Source of the DNA: Gnetum montanum
Lineage: Eukaryota > Plantae > Gnetophyta
Direction of reading: 5' to 3'
Length of the DNA: 64,000 bases
Assembly (NCBI GenBank): GCA_015680685.1
Contig: MNCI01001600.1
Coordinates: 68,233-132,232 of the forward strand
The position numbers were made by a program, and so were the translations under genes. Below, in pieces: positions 13,101 to 27,639 of the stretch. How positions within the stretch are numbered: the first letter of the stretch is position 1; each line of letters begins with the position of its first letter. The notes below the pieces were generated by a model. It had not been told where the DNA came from and did no database searches. It saw only the letters and a program-made list of their open reading frames with translations.

Positions 13101-14996
13101 TTATTTTAGTTGTATGTGATAAGAATCTTATTATGTCTATGGTAAGAATCTTTTCTTATTAGAAATGAGAGTGAAATTTTTTTTTTCAAACTACATCTTA
13201 CTTATTACTAATAATTTATTATAAAAATCAAATATATATAATTCAAAAAATTTATAAAAGTCAAAGATGTGAAGGATTAGAAAAAGTATAAAGAATTTGA
13301 AAGATATCAAAGAATAGAAAAAATAATAAGAGTTGTCAAAATATTAAAGAATAAGAAAGATATTAAAGAATTAGAAAAATAAGAAAAAGTTCAAAATGAA
13401 AGAACTTACAAGGCCTAAAGATTAGGAGTAAATTCCCTATGACTATTGTCTAAAGAGAAAATGTATAAGGCTAAACAAGATTTTGTTTGAGTCTAAGTTA
13501 TTATAGAGTCTCTTAATGGTGGAAAATTATAAAATCATTTGACTTGTTGAATATTAACAAGAATAGTTTTTGTAGGTTTGATGGGTAATAAATTTGCATG
13601 GTGCCAAATTGATATGTAGTATGAACAATATAGGGCTCCTTCCATAAAGTTTGGAACTTAGTCTTTTGGGTGACATGGCTTGGATCACAGTAGAGGACTT
13701 TATCTCCTAATCTAATAGAAACTTTTCTAATCCTAGTGTCATGTTGACATTTGACATACTTCTTTTCAATCTCATTATACCTCTAGGAAACTAACCAATT
13801 TTTGTCTAATAAGTTAAGATTCATTAGTCATTCTTTCTACAAAAAGTATACATTTAAGTTAAACAAATATGTAGTGGTAAAGGTATTGATTTCCTCTTGA
13901 ATTGGTAGAGTAGATGACTTACCATATAAGAGTTCATATGAAGAATACCTTATTGGAAGTTTTCAAGTTGATCGATATGTGTATAAAACATCATTAAGCA
14001 TAGTACTCTAATTCTTGCTATACCTAGTAATAATTCTAGTTAATATGCATGTAATTTCTATTTTAATGACTTTGACTTAGCCATTTTCCTAGGGATGATA
14101 TGATTTAGTGATTTTATGATTAATCCCATTGCGTTGCATTAATTTCTTATATGTAGTTCCAATGAAGTATGTATCATTATTTGAGATCAATAGTCTAGGT
14201 ACTCCAAATCTATTCATCACATGTTGAAAAAACATTGCACCTATTGTTGCTATACAATCCTTAACTACAACTACTTCTTCTACTCACTTGATGCAATAAT
14301 TAACAATCATAATTATGTATGACTTCTCATTCGACATTGGTGTAATAAACCCCATGAAATCTATTCCCTAAATATCAAACAGTTGTATCCATTGTTATGA
14401 TCCTTCATGCCTAGCTATCAGTCCTTTATCTTTTTGCCATCTTTCACAAGATTTTACTAATTGATGTGCATCCTTAAATATGCAAGGCCAGAAATAACCT
14501 ACATAAGAAGTTTCATAGGTGGTTCTTATTTCTGCATAGTGACCTCCACATGATTCTTCATATGGATTTTATAGGAATTTTTACTAATTTTCTTCTAAAA
14601 CACACCATCAAATTAATCCATCTACATAGATCGTATATCAATTGCACTGAATTTCCATGGATTGCTTGACTCTATGGAGAAACTATTCCTTCTTCTTTTC
14701 ATTCCATTCAGTAGGGATTTCTTATGGCATTATATAGGCCATATGATTTGTAATCCAAGACCTTGCTATCAAATCTATAATCATTGTTGATCTTGAAATA
14801 AGAACTCATCTAAAAATTAATTTGACAAAGGCTCTTTGTTGTCTTATGAGTCACAATATAATATAATCTATGACATTCTTTGTCCATTTTATGTTAATCA
14901 TGGTAATGTCAAATTCTTGTAATATCATGATCCATCTTATTAATCTTGGGATGAATATTGGTTTATTCATCATGAATCTGATTGCACTATGGTTAG

Positions 14997-16386
14997 TAAA
15001 ACACCACAAAAAGTTGCATGTTATGGCCAATTTTTGTCATGTAGCTTTCACCCCATGAAACCTAAGGCAAAATTTCATTGTAAATATGAAGATTGCAACA
15101 TATTTTGGGGTTGAAAAAAAATGCCTCATAAGTGGTCAAAGCCTCATTCCCCAAGTGAGAAAAAAGTCACCTATTATCTATATTTAGGCTTGGAAGGTCA
15201 AATTGCCTTTTAGAATGCCAAAAATGGCAATTTGATGGGTTTTATGTGGGATATACATTTTTCTATGCTAGAAACACTTACAAGGGATAAATCTTACCTA
15301 CCCCTAGCATGGAGGAGTAGGGGATTTCCCCTCAACTTGGAAATTTTTCCCCCAACATGGAAATTACATTCCCCAAGTGTGGAAGATACAAAAGCTATAT
15401 TTCAACACTCCATTCACTCCAATGTTGACCAACAACTTTAGTAAGGATGACAAAAGGCTTAGTGTGAGAGGCCTATTTCTGACATGGAAGGTGTGCCCCT
15501 GTTACTATTTATACTAAATGGAATGACCATGGGGGAAAGACACTTACTATGTATAGTAACCTCCCAAATTTTGGCACCCATCTCACCTATAGGAGAAAAA
15601 AATTTATAGCAAAAATATAGCCAATTTGTAGTCATTTTATAGCCAAATTACATCCATTTTGTAGCACCATTCATGGCCTAAAATCTATAAAAACCTACCT
15701 CAAACACCATTTACAAGTCCCACACTTTTTGCAGTTCAACACTTTGGCAATTCCATAACCCTAACATTAGTTCTAACAAAATTTCATAATTTTACACTTG
15801 GGCATTTTCAAGCACGCAAGAGCCCTTCCAATCTCCCATGTTTGCATTCTCTTGAACCTCAACATGGAAGCATTGTATCCCTGAGACTTGTGAACTTTTG
15901 GGGTCAACGCTACATTTCTATGGCTCCCACCCTCTACCATGGAATAATCTAATAGCCAAATTTCTCACTTTTCTCACCCTCCAACAGTAACCCCAAATTA
16001 TAGATCTATAGTTTGTAGGAGAGGAGATTCAAATGCATCAAGAGTGGTTTGGTATCCAAATCATGGAGTAGATCACATCAACTTTAATGGGCCTTGAACT
16101 CCTACCTCAACAAACCCTTCTTTGCTCTCTTCCTTTATTATTTTAATAAATTTTTAAGGTTCCATTTTCATGTGCAATCTACATTTCTTTTTCCATTCTA
16201 CAAATCTGTAACTTTTTCATTATTATTTACATCATTCTTCCTACATTTCATAAGTCCCTAGGTGATCTACTAGACCATCCAAGACACCTCAAATCCAATT
16301 TCTTTTGGAGGCCCAAGGAATTCAAGGTTGAGGCTACTACATCGGATCCATCAGTTTTTCAATGATTGATTTTTCTAGTTGTAACA
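14997..16386 (+). repeat. 5' LTR of F (1390 bp)
   Basis: T(A)AAACACCAC...GTAACA, colinear with 30694-32136. Confidence 0.9.
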
Positions 16387-16534
16387 ATTTTCTTAATGCT
16401 AGAAGGAGGGCCTAAACCTTCTCTTGATTTCTATGACCAGATCTATCTCTTCCATTGCCAATGTTTCCATTTACAAACTTTTCTTTAATTTTGTATAGCC
16501 AAAACCTTCAAAAAATCAATGTTTCCCCTTCCTA

Positions 16535-17380
16535 CCTATGACCAAAAATGTAGTGTGAGAGTTGTAGATGGTTGGGTGTTGGCTTTTCACAGCAACTACT
16601 ATGAATTTTTCAGCCCAAAGCCAATGTTGATGCTTTTCTACTTTTTTTTTCCTTTTGATATCAATATTTTCAATTTCCAAAGTGGGTGGTGTAACCCTTA
16701 CAGAAACCATCAAACTCTTGGAAGTTAACTTTTCCCCATATTTCCAAGTATTAGTGGAAAAACACCAACTTTCCACTTTGATTTTCAGCCTTTCCCATTT
16801 CATCAACATTGGATTAAAAATTGTGATATTTCCATCATCTCACCCCCCTTCTTTTCCCCCTACCATTCCTAGCATAGAGGCAATTAGGGGGCCAACATTG
16901 GTGAGGCTTGTTACCAACTTTCCACTTTGGTTTTTAGCCTTCCACATGCCCCCCTCTCCTTTATGACCAAAATTGTAGCATGAAAGTTGTAGGTCGTTGG
17001 GTGTTGGCTTTTCACAACAAATGTTGTGAATTTTTCAGCCCAAAGCCAACGTTGAAACTTTCCGCCTTTTTTTCTCCTTTTTATAGCTAATTTTTCTAGA
17101 TGCCAAAGTGGGTAGTGCAACCCTTCTAGAAATCATCAAACTTCTAGAAGTTGGCTTCCCTCCCATCATTCCAAGCTAAGAAAATTGGCAACCTATCAAA
17201 ACCAATCTTTGTGGAAAAACATCAACTTTCCACTTTGATTTTCAACCTTTCAACTTTCATCAACGTTGGATTAGAAGAAATGAAATTTCCGTCATCTCAC
17301 CTCCCTTCTTTCCCCCCTACCATACCTAGCATAGAGGCATTAGGGAGGCCATCATAGGTAAGGCTTAACATCAACATTCC
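16535..17380 (+). repeat. Two ~425 bp tandem units in the 5' leader of F
   Basis: TATGACCAAAA.TGTAG...GTTGGGTGTTGGCTTTTCAC recurs at ~16537 and ~16962, with matching downstream blocks. Confidence 0.8.
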
Positions 17381-17619
17381 CAACTTTCTATTTTTGGTAA
17401 TGGGGTAAATCCCTGTTACCCCCCACTTACTAATTATAAAAAGTTCTCCATTTTTAGCCATTTTTACTTCATTTAATCATTTTTGAAATCCACTTATTGG
17501 GATTTACCTCTATTTTTTGCCCTTTATAGCCTATTTTAAGCCATTTTTGACAAATAACCATGTCTTTCTAGTAGTCCACCAAGTTGCCCCTCACCTTCAC
17601 TGGCAAAGGTCCTAGCCAA

Positions 17620-20600
17620 GAAGCCATGAGGATCTATGATCCCAAGGACCTTGCTATCATTGAATGCAGGAAATCTTTGAGGATCAGGGAAAAAATCTTG
17701 ATTTTTCAACCATAAATGAAGATTAATATAACTACATTTGTGCAAAAAAAAAAAAAACATGCTAGCATGCTGATTCCATGTTTGGAAGCAAAAGCCAAAA
17801 GGGAGTTTGAACTCATCCACTATAATGGTAAGGAGTACATCCCTTCCCCCTATGACAAAATACCTCTAATCAATATCTATGTGGGTATCCTATCCTAATT
17901 GATTGAGATGGAGAAAGAATATGACAAGCATAACTTGGAGGAGAAAAAGGAAGAGGAGGATGAATTTAGGGTAGAATTTGAGCTTGAAAACATCTTGAAG
18001 TAATTGCTCCAACAAGCAACCCCCAAGGCCACCAAGCCTTTTCCTCATGCCTTTGTTTTCACTATGGACATGATACCATCATCTTCCACTCCCTCCTACC
18101 CTACCATGGTTGACCCCACACTAGTCATAGCCATTCATCAAACTAAATCAATGACACAACCCATGGCCTATAATCCATTGGTGTCTTTTGTCACACTGCT
18201 CTAATTTGTACAATCATCAATGATGATTTTCACCATCGCAAATCACTTATCACTTGTATGGGATCCACCATGGGATCCCAAGAAACTCAAGGGTCACACA
18301 CCCCCTTTATTCTATTTATGCCTCAAGTGTCGACACAAACATCCTTTTCCTTATTTGGCACACAAGCTACAACCATGACACAACCTCTGTCTTCCATCCT
18401 ACAACCCATAACGAGGCCATAGGCCTCACAACAGGTGCCAAAACCATATGTGCAAGCCCCACAACCAACAAGGCCACCACAAGGTTTGGATCAAGCCTTC
18501 CATATGATACAGGAATTCACAGAGGAGTTAAAGAGGCTCAAATCCTCTACTTCCCAAAGTGTCAAGATTGTGAATTTCTATCAAGATGATCTTATTATTC
18601 CTATAGTCCCACTCTTGACACTTCCTCCTAGTGTCCCTATCCCCAAATTTAGCAAATATAATGGAGAAGGTAACCCTGATGCTCATTTATAACCTTTAGA
18701 TCTAAATGACTACTCTTACACCCATGCCCTCATACCATCATCAGGATTTTCCCTATGTCCTTGACTAGGAAAGAACTTAATTAGTACCTCGTATTACCCA
18801 ACAGATCTATATCCTCTCTAGAGGACTTGATAGCCCAATTTATTAACCACGTCAAGTATAACTTAAAGCCTGACATAATGCTTGACCAACCCATGAAGGT
18901 TAAGTAGGAACCTATAGAACCTATGTAGAAGTTCATTCAACAATGGAATGGGCTGTTGAACGAAATACTGGAACCTATAGCTGAAGCACATCTTCTAGCT
19001 ATATTTCTCCAAATCAAGAATATAGAGGATGCTATGGAGGCTAGTCATGATCTAACCTATGTAGCAAATAAAAATCAACATACACTAAGAGACAAATAGA
19101 AGAACAAACAAAATGATGCGACCATAGCAACTATGACCAAATAAGCAAAGACCACAAACTAGGGGCCAAGGGCCAAACCACCTAGGGCACCCACTAATAA
19201 TCATGATATCCAACCATCAACCTCTTAGGTTACCACATCAGTTACCACTAGGCCAAATTTTGAGCAAAACAACCAAAGAAAATACACTACCTTACCTTTA
19301 AAACCATCCAAGTTTCTAGACTAATAAATGACTAAAGCCACTTGAAAGAGGCATGAGCTACTATGTGAAATAGCCAAATATCCCTCTCAAGAAATAAAGG
19401 ATGATCCAAAACTACCTAGGTACTTTAAACTAGATCACTTCTGCCATTATCACTAACTACTTGGTCATGACACAGACTTCTACCTCACACTGAAGGATGA
19501 CCTATAGAGGATGATAGATAGGAGGAGCTAGTATTAGATGCTTCAAATCCTGTATGGCCATAAAATTAGTCAATGTAGGTTTACAAAGACCCATTGAATG
19601 CTAATGATAGTCCTTACGTTATTTTAGCATTCAACATTAATGACAATCAAAAATCCCCAAGACAACCATTTATGATCTGAGTACCCCCTTGTAATGAAAG
19701 GTCTTCTTTGGCTTCTATAAGCTCAAGATCCTCCTTCATCATAAGAGTACCATCATGAATGCCTCTGAGAGGATCTTTTATCATTAGGGTGTCCTAGCCT
19801 AAAATAACCCAATTAGTCATAGCCCAACCAACTGCACAATAACTTCCTGTGGTGGCCAGTGCTACTACCTCTTCCTCACAACCAACAACTAACAACCAAA
19901 AGACATCAACCAAGCAAAGGAAGAAGCATAAGAAAAATCCTAAAAGCAAGGGTGACAAATAGATGAAGGCACAAAAGAAAGTGGACCCACCAAAGCCCAC
20001 TCCCCTTTTGGCTATGTCCATGACCTCCTCTATTCAACCCATTTCAACCAACAAGCCACAAGAGAACCCTAAAGCCCATAGTTAGAAGAATGAGGAAAAG
20101 CTCCAACAATCATAACCTAAATTTGAAGCTCATATTTTATGATGCATGGAGGAAGTAAAGTACAACTGAGGTTACAAGCCCATGGCCAACGATAAAAACT
20201 TCCTTAGTGTGATGGACCAAGTCAAGCACTTACTCAAGCAAAAGAATACAACTTTGAGCTTATATGACCTTATTATGACTTGCACCATACATCGTGAGGT
20301 GCCAGTCAAAATGTTGACTTCCATCCCCATTAGTAAAGACATTCCTACTAATGAGGAATCCATCCATGTAATGATGGTTCCTCCCTCACCAAGGGAGGAG
20401 AAGTTAATACTCCTAGTATTTCATGATAGCAAAATTAAGGCTAATCCCCAAAATGGTAAAGTAACTAGGATTCCTCTGTTCATAACCATATGGGTAGGGT
20501 AGTTTAAAGTGCCTTGGATGCATTTTGATGATGGAGCCACAACTAACATCCTCCCATGCACCATTTTTGAACGCTTGAACCTAAGCAAATACAACCTACA

Positions 20601-21107
20601 AAAGTAGCTATCCTCAAGTCTTTTAATGGATCTAGGGTTGTGGTCAAGGAGTTCATCTCCATGGATTTTGTGGTAGGGGAGCAATTCCCCACAACCATCA
20701 ATTTCTTGGTGGTGGAGAAGACACTGGGATTTAACCTTATCTTGGAAAGATCATGGTTAGCTTAATTATAGATCGTGTCCTCATCCATCCATTAAGAAAT
20801 TCACCTTCCTTATGAGAAAGGTGAAATCATCATTCATAGTGATAGCGCTATTCCCCTGGCTATCAACTATGTGAATATAGAGAAGGAATCTAAGCTGGTG
20901 CTTCAAGAGAAAACTCCCAGTTACAAAGTCCATCAACCCAAGAGAGAGCAAAAATCCAACAATGACAACAATAAGCAATGGGATGCATTATGGGATAAAC
21001 TCCCTTTTAACACCATCAATGAAGGTAATGATGAATTTAAGCTTATGCAGAGTAGACCTTACTCATTCCTTGATATTTCAAAGATTAGGAAGAATCTACA
21101 CAAGTAA
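17620..21107 (+). pseudogene. Degenerate gag-protease of F
   Basis: IPKFSKYNGEGNPDAHL (Tat/Ogre gag), FCHYH..LGHDTD knuckle remnant, FDDGATTNILP and FNLILERSWL (aspartic protease). Confidence 0.8.
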
Positions 21108-21859
21108 AGTACACCTTGACCTTTCCATCCCTTTCCCTTATAATCAAATTCACTAATAGCCATGTCTCTTAACCTTTCTTTCTTAATTTATTATACCTTT
21201 TTATGCACTTTTTTTTTACTTTCTATGCATTTTTACTTTTTATTACAACCTTTCTTTTTCTTTACTTTTACTCATGATAGTCAAAAAATCCTTAAAAAAT
21301 TTAAAACGTAAAACTACCAAAAATATATATATAGGTTTCTCTTCAACAAAGGTCCACTATGGCCTTAAACTAGGAAAATTATCATCCACAAAGACTTTAC
21401 ACTAGCATCATAGTTTTCTAAGACTTTAAACTAGCAACATGGCCTACCATGGCCTAAAACTGGCAAAGACAACACAATATGGCTTGATAGGGTCTTAAAC
21501 TGGCAAAACAATACAACCTGTGCCCACCATGGCCTAAAACTAGCAAATGTCTCTTTTATGATATTTTTGTTTAGCCTATTATCACATCAATTAGTTGTTT
21601 AACTTTATAACCAAAAACAACAACATAGCCATTCACAATATCTATAACATTTACAATGTTTATTATAATAATAATATATATAGCCAAAAATGAAACCAAA
21701 ATTTTAAATTTAAATTTAAAGTGTCCATAACATGCATAGCCATGGCCACATTGTGTGGCAAAAATGTCAAAAAATCATAACAATCATTTATAACATAGTC
21801 TTAGCTAACATTAGCCATCAACATGAAAATAAAAGTAATATAGCCAACAAACTAAAAAT

Positions 21860-24800
21860 GAGGAGATGAAGGATGCCAAGGGGCATCTATAGAAGGTAGT
21901 GGTGGATCATCTCCACCCTCACCATTGGGGCTGTCAATGTCTCCTAATGCTTGAAATACAACACATAGCCAAAATCATAACTTAAAATAAAAACTAAGAC
22001 ATAAAATACATCTAATTTGTGGGGATTCTCACTCCATAACTTCAAGAAGTAGATGTGGAAGGCCTTCCTTCAAACAATGGATGATTTGTTCCTCCATCAT
22101 GTTGACCCAATCAACATCCCCAAGCTCAAGATGGGAAAGGATGATAGCCTTATCTACCATAGTTCAAGTAGGTGGCTCCCAATTAATAGTATTTGTAGAA
22201 GGTTTTTCTATAATAGTTATAATCTAAGGAGTAGGGGATTGCCCCACCATGAAAGTACATTTAAAAATCTAATAAGCACTCTCTGCTTGGATTCCTTGGA
22301 TGAATAGCTTTTTCTTATGCCATTCAACTGACTTCTCCTTAAGCCACTTAAGGTAGGCCTCATGATCTACCTTATACTATTACTTGTGGGTCTTTTGTTT
22401 CTTACCCCACTCTAGGACCCAAGTACAATTATCTTTCCAATCCCTAACCTTTTGGGAGATGAGGTCCATCTACATTTATTGTTCCACCATCTCTTATAAA
22501 ACTACTACTTTGTTCCAAATAGTATGCTAGTAGCAGGCCCACATGATCTCCTTGGTCTGCAATTCCATGAGTTAGCCACTTAGGCTTCCATCAAGGCCTT
22601 GCAGTCTTGGAGATCTCTAATCATATCCTCTTGCCATTGAGTCTTCTTCCTTAAGGCCACAACTTCCTCCCATAGGAATTCATTGGACCTCTCTAGCTCC
22701 CATGAAGTTTTTGCACATAACATTACTAGATTAATAGTAGTCTCATACAACTCCAAGGTACACTAGATACATCATAGGAAAGCTTAGGCAAGGAGTCAAT
22801 CTCCATGTCTCTAGTGGGATCCCACTTCATAGAAGGCACTACACAAGCATGAAATACAATCATAAACATAATGTACAATCTAAGATAGCCATAAAACAAA
22901 CATAGCCTATAACATAGTTAAACAACTGAGGCAAATAAAATAAATTCCTTACTTATCTTGGGTGCAACCTATCATAACTGCTCGATGATGACATTAGCCA
23001 TCCCATGCGTGAACTCCACCTTGTCTAAGGGCCTTCACTCATGGTTTCACATGAAACTTAGGGACAAGGGGCCTAAATGGTGGCTTAGGAACTACTATAA
23101 GCATAACAATCATTAATGGGTTAGGATGAAAATAAAACTTAAGCAATAGAATATAATGAAAGCATTAAGACATAGGCATACCAAGCTTCTCCTCTTCTTT
23201 TGGAATGATGATGGGGGATGTGCCCAGCACTGCCTCACTAAACAAAGCATCTAGATCATTTATGTCTACCTCAAATTACTATAGCAATACCTCTTTTTCA
23301 CATCTTTGTTCTTCCTCTGTGATAACTTGGACTACCAGGACTTGACACTTGTCTACAACCATAGCATATAGAAAATCGATTAGCATGTGAAACCATAATA
23401 TTACCATAACTTTCATAAAATAGCCAAAACTTAAATGAAGCATACCTATGACTACTTTTTGTGATGGCTTAAGCTTCTTCAAGGTGGGTTCATCTGATGC
23501 TAGTGGTGCTTCCTTCATGGTCCTCTTGAGTTTCTCCTTGGCTTCCCCTTTAGCCTCCCTACATCATCATTTAGCCTCTAGGATGCTTGCTGGAAATGTG
23601 AGAGGCTCCTCATCATCTATGCTATCAGGGGACTCACACCATCTACCATCAAGATCTTTGGTGATAATGGATTATGTATCATCCATTTTCTTTGGTGGGT
23701 TTTGGGCCTACACCATTGCATAAATGTGCTTTATCCAAGGCTTAATAAGTTGACTTGGGTCTTGGGAAGCCCATCACACATTCCTATGCACCATTAGAAT
23801 CTTCACAAACCTCGGTAAATAACTCACAAAAAATGCAAAATGCATGTCGATTATTATAGAGGTATCCATGCAGAGTCTAAGGATCTCCTCCTGAAGCCCA
23901 ATAGCCAAAGCAACCATCCATTTGAATTCAGTGTCATCCATTAGGACCTTCTTAAAGGTCCACCCCTTCACAAGGCTGATCACCTTCTTTTGCGATAATA
24001 GTTTAGGAAATGCATGAGACCTAAACAAAGGATAGGATTCCTTTGCATCAAGGTTTGTGGAGCCATCCATGGAAATTTTGAAGTTGACCATGTGACACCA
24101 AGTCACTCCAAAACTTCCTCATGATGGCTTGATTCCTTTACTATCCTAGTACAAACTTTGCCCCATTAGCAAGAACATCAAACAAGTTGTAAAAGAGGCC
24201 TTCATCGATATCCATGTTAACCTTCATGTTCCAAATGATGGTGTTAAAATGACCAACCTTCTTATCAAAGGAGTTGATCATTTGCAGCATCTCCATAGCA
24301 GGGATAGAAGGGATAGGTACCATAAATACATCAAGCAAACTTGCATGCTAGATGTTTACTTAAATGTACCTAGGCACTTGTCCCCTCAGCCACTCTTGTG
24401 TTGGCATTACCTCACCAAACTTTAGGATGAGGGTATCCTCATGACGTGCTCCTAAAAGTGGTATGACAACATTAGCAAAGGTGGAAGGTCCTCAAAAGCA
24501 AACAACCAAAGTTTAGCATCAACATAAGCAAGTTTAACAACTTGTCAAAGCAATAGAACACTTAGAGTTTTCATAACTAGAAAACATTTGAAGCTATAGC
24601 CTTTAAGTTTATCTTTCTTCTTCTTCTTTGGTGTGGTTTGAGTAGAGGGTCTGGTCAATGGATTTATTAGAGTCTATCCACTAGTTGTGTATCATCCCTT
24701 CATCATTACACTTCTCGTATACAAGGTTGAACCTTGTAGTGTATGCATCAAAGTACCCCCTTAACTGTTGATACACAATAGTTCTAATTTGGGGGCCCTT

Positions 24801-25400
24801 CGTGAATTTTTCTAGGGTAGTTTGCACCACTTCCAAGATTTGATCATTAATGATCAAGCCTTCATCATTAACTACGTACTAGCAAGAAGTTCATAAAACC
24901 AACGAAGTTAGGAAAAGTAGCCAATAAAGCCATAAAAACCCTATGATAACTAAGATTACCCCTATAAATGATACATTGTCCCAAGCACTTTCTAGAACAA
25001 TGTGTGGGCTATATGCACCACCATCAAAGTATTGTCAACATTATACTGACTATACTCTTGCATCATCTAGATCTCTATGAGGTAACATGGGCTAATTGCA
25101 TCTAATGCTTCTCTTGCTATCTCAGAAGGTGAATTGTCAGTAATAAACCTAAAAATCAGGTTGAATGCTTGAGGCAACAAGGTCTCCACTATGGTCCTAG
25201 CCACATCCATAGACAAGTGTGACCATAGCATCACACTAAAGTTCTGTAGAATAAAGGCAACAAATTCCCTTACCCTAGGCCAAAACCATAATGAAGCCTT
25301 TCCCAATAGCATCTTAGGAAGTGGAGTATTGACCATAGGATGGCTAATATAGCATAGAATACCCACCAACTCCATAATGATGAGGATGGGATTCAAGTAG
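21860..25400 (-). pseudogene. Antisense multi-exon cargo gene of F: FCP1/NIF-like HAD domain, mobile-domain-like region, coiled coil
   Basis: ILIIMELVGILC...WFWPRVREFVAFILQNFSVMLWS resembles the NIF pattern; short AT-rich spacers with GTATGC/GTGAGA donors and TAG acceptors on the minus strand. Confidence 0.55.
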
Positions 25401-27639
25401 ACCTTGCACGAAGCAAAGTAAAAACATTATAACCAATTAGAATTTCTTAACAAGTTTGGAAAAACATCCTAGTCAGAGGTGGAATTAACCTTCATCAAAA
25501 GCTCTAAGGTGCTTCTAACTTGGCTTAATAAATTCCACAAAAAAGCATTGTTACAACTTTTCATAGCCTTTTTTTCATTGCCAAAATATTATAGCTAAGA
25601 CTTCATAGCCCAAAACTAAGCTTTAGTCTAAACCATGCCTAAACTTAGAAAAAAGCATATAGCCATAGTAAAAAGATGGGTAAAATAGTAAAATCCTTTA
25701 CAAATTTAAAACATAAGTATTAGATATTTTAGAATCCCTAAAAGCATGGGAGTTGACAAGAAAAATCTCTACACATGTCATCTCCGAAGGGATAAAGTGC
25801 TACAACCAGACTTTTGCCTTGTTAACAAGGCCATAACTAAAAGTTTATGAAAATTTCATCCAAGCTTAGATCTTAGTGATTCCACCATGGAAGGAATCCT
25901 AAAATCACAAAATTTATAGCCATGACCATTACAACTAGAGATACATAACCATTTTTTACATGAAACATAGAAAAATTTAGCAAAAATCATAGCCATCATC
26001 ACTAACCCCCTTTCGCATAGGGTTGGTAAAAAATTCACCAAATTTTTTTTTAAGCTCTAAAGAAAGTGATTCCACCACTGTTTGAAAGCTTGGATCAATC
26101 CCTACATATCCATACTTAATAAAAATTCAAAATCATTACCGCTTATGTAAAACAAATTCATCAATTTGTAGAAAAATGGCACAAACCCCTTTTGACATAG
26201 GTTTAATGAAAAATTCATTAAAAATACATTTGAGCTCAAATGAAGTGATTCCACCTCTGTTCGAAAGCTAAAGCCAAGACCTATCCATCCATGACTAAAA
26301 AATAGCCAAAACCCTTGTCATTTTCTTAGAAATTTTTTTTGAATTTACTCAAACAGCATGAAAAACCTGATTGCATGACCTTAGGAAAATAGCCATAACT
26401 TCAGCATTATTAATCCAAAAGAAACAACAACCATTCAAAATATTAAATATAGGGCTAAAAACCCATAACATCAAATTTTTAAAATATGCAACTACTTCCT
26501 TAATAAAAAATACACATTGTTTCTTGCTTTTTTCATGCAAAAAACATAAAATTCATAAAGCCTAATTCAACAGAGCCATAAAAAATAGCCACAATAGCAA
26601 AAATAATCAATATCCATTTGAAAACACATCAAAATAATGGGGTAGGATTTTGTTAAAGTTTAATTTTAATGAATCTTTTGGCCTAGATCTAACAAAAATG
26701 GCCCTATCCCCAAATTTTAGAAAAAAAAACATGAAAACAACAAGTCTAATTTCAAAAATCAAATCTACCAAAGAAAAAACAATGAAACAACCATAGATCT
26801 ACATAGAAATAGAAAAAATAACATGTGGGATTTTTTCAAATTTTAGTTTTACACCCTTTGAGAAAAATGGCCCCACACATGGTAAGAAAAATAGCTAAAA
26901 ACGAAAGCAAAAATGGGTAGAACTGCCTACCTCAAAGTAGAAATAAACAAAGCTTGAATGGAGATGGGTCTTGGTAGCTTTTCCAAGTTCCTAGCACTTT
27001 TTTCTACCTTTTGAATCCTTGGGTTTCTAATTTTTCCTTCATGCTACTTTGATGCCATGGGAGGCTTAATGCTGGGAATGGTGAGAAACTAAGGAGAATA
27101 GGAGTTCAACACTAGCTACAAGGAAGGTTGGAGGCTTTCATATTGAGGATTGATTCTCTCTACAAAACAAAATCACTTCTAGAGCTCTTCACCAATGCAT
27201 TGTTTGTGCATAATGACAATTGTGGTTGAAGCTTATAAAATTTGGCATTAAAAACACATCTAAACCTAAACACCCACCTCTAAACCCTAGTTGCCCATTT
27301 AGTGCATCATAAGTCCAAGTGTACTGAAGTACAAGGTGAGAAAAGTCTCTTACATACTAATATTAGTGGTAATTAAGCTCAAAACTCAAAATTTTAAATT
27401 TTTGGATTATGGACCCCACCATGCACCTTCCCTCTTAACTAGAAAATTACATCAACAGAGAGTTTTGATCTCTTTTGACATAACCAAATCTTAACTCCCA
27501 TGCATCTACATAGGGCATATCATGCCCAAAATGGATACATGCCTCCCATTTTACAAAATCATTAAAATATAATTATTTTACTATTTTTATTAGCTACAAC
27601 CTACCTTTACAAACTAAGGCTTTCAAAAGAGGGTTGGAC

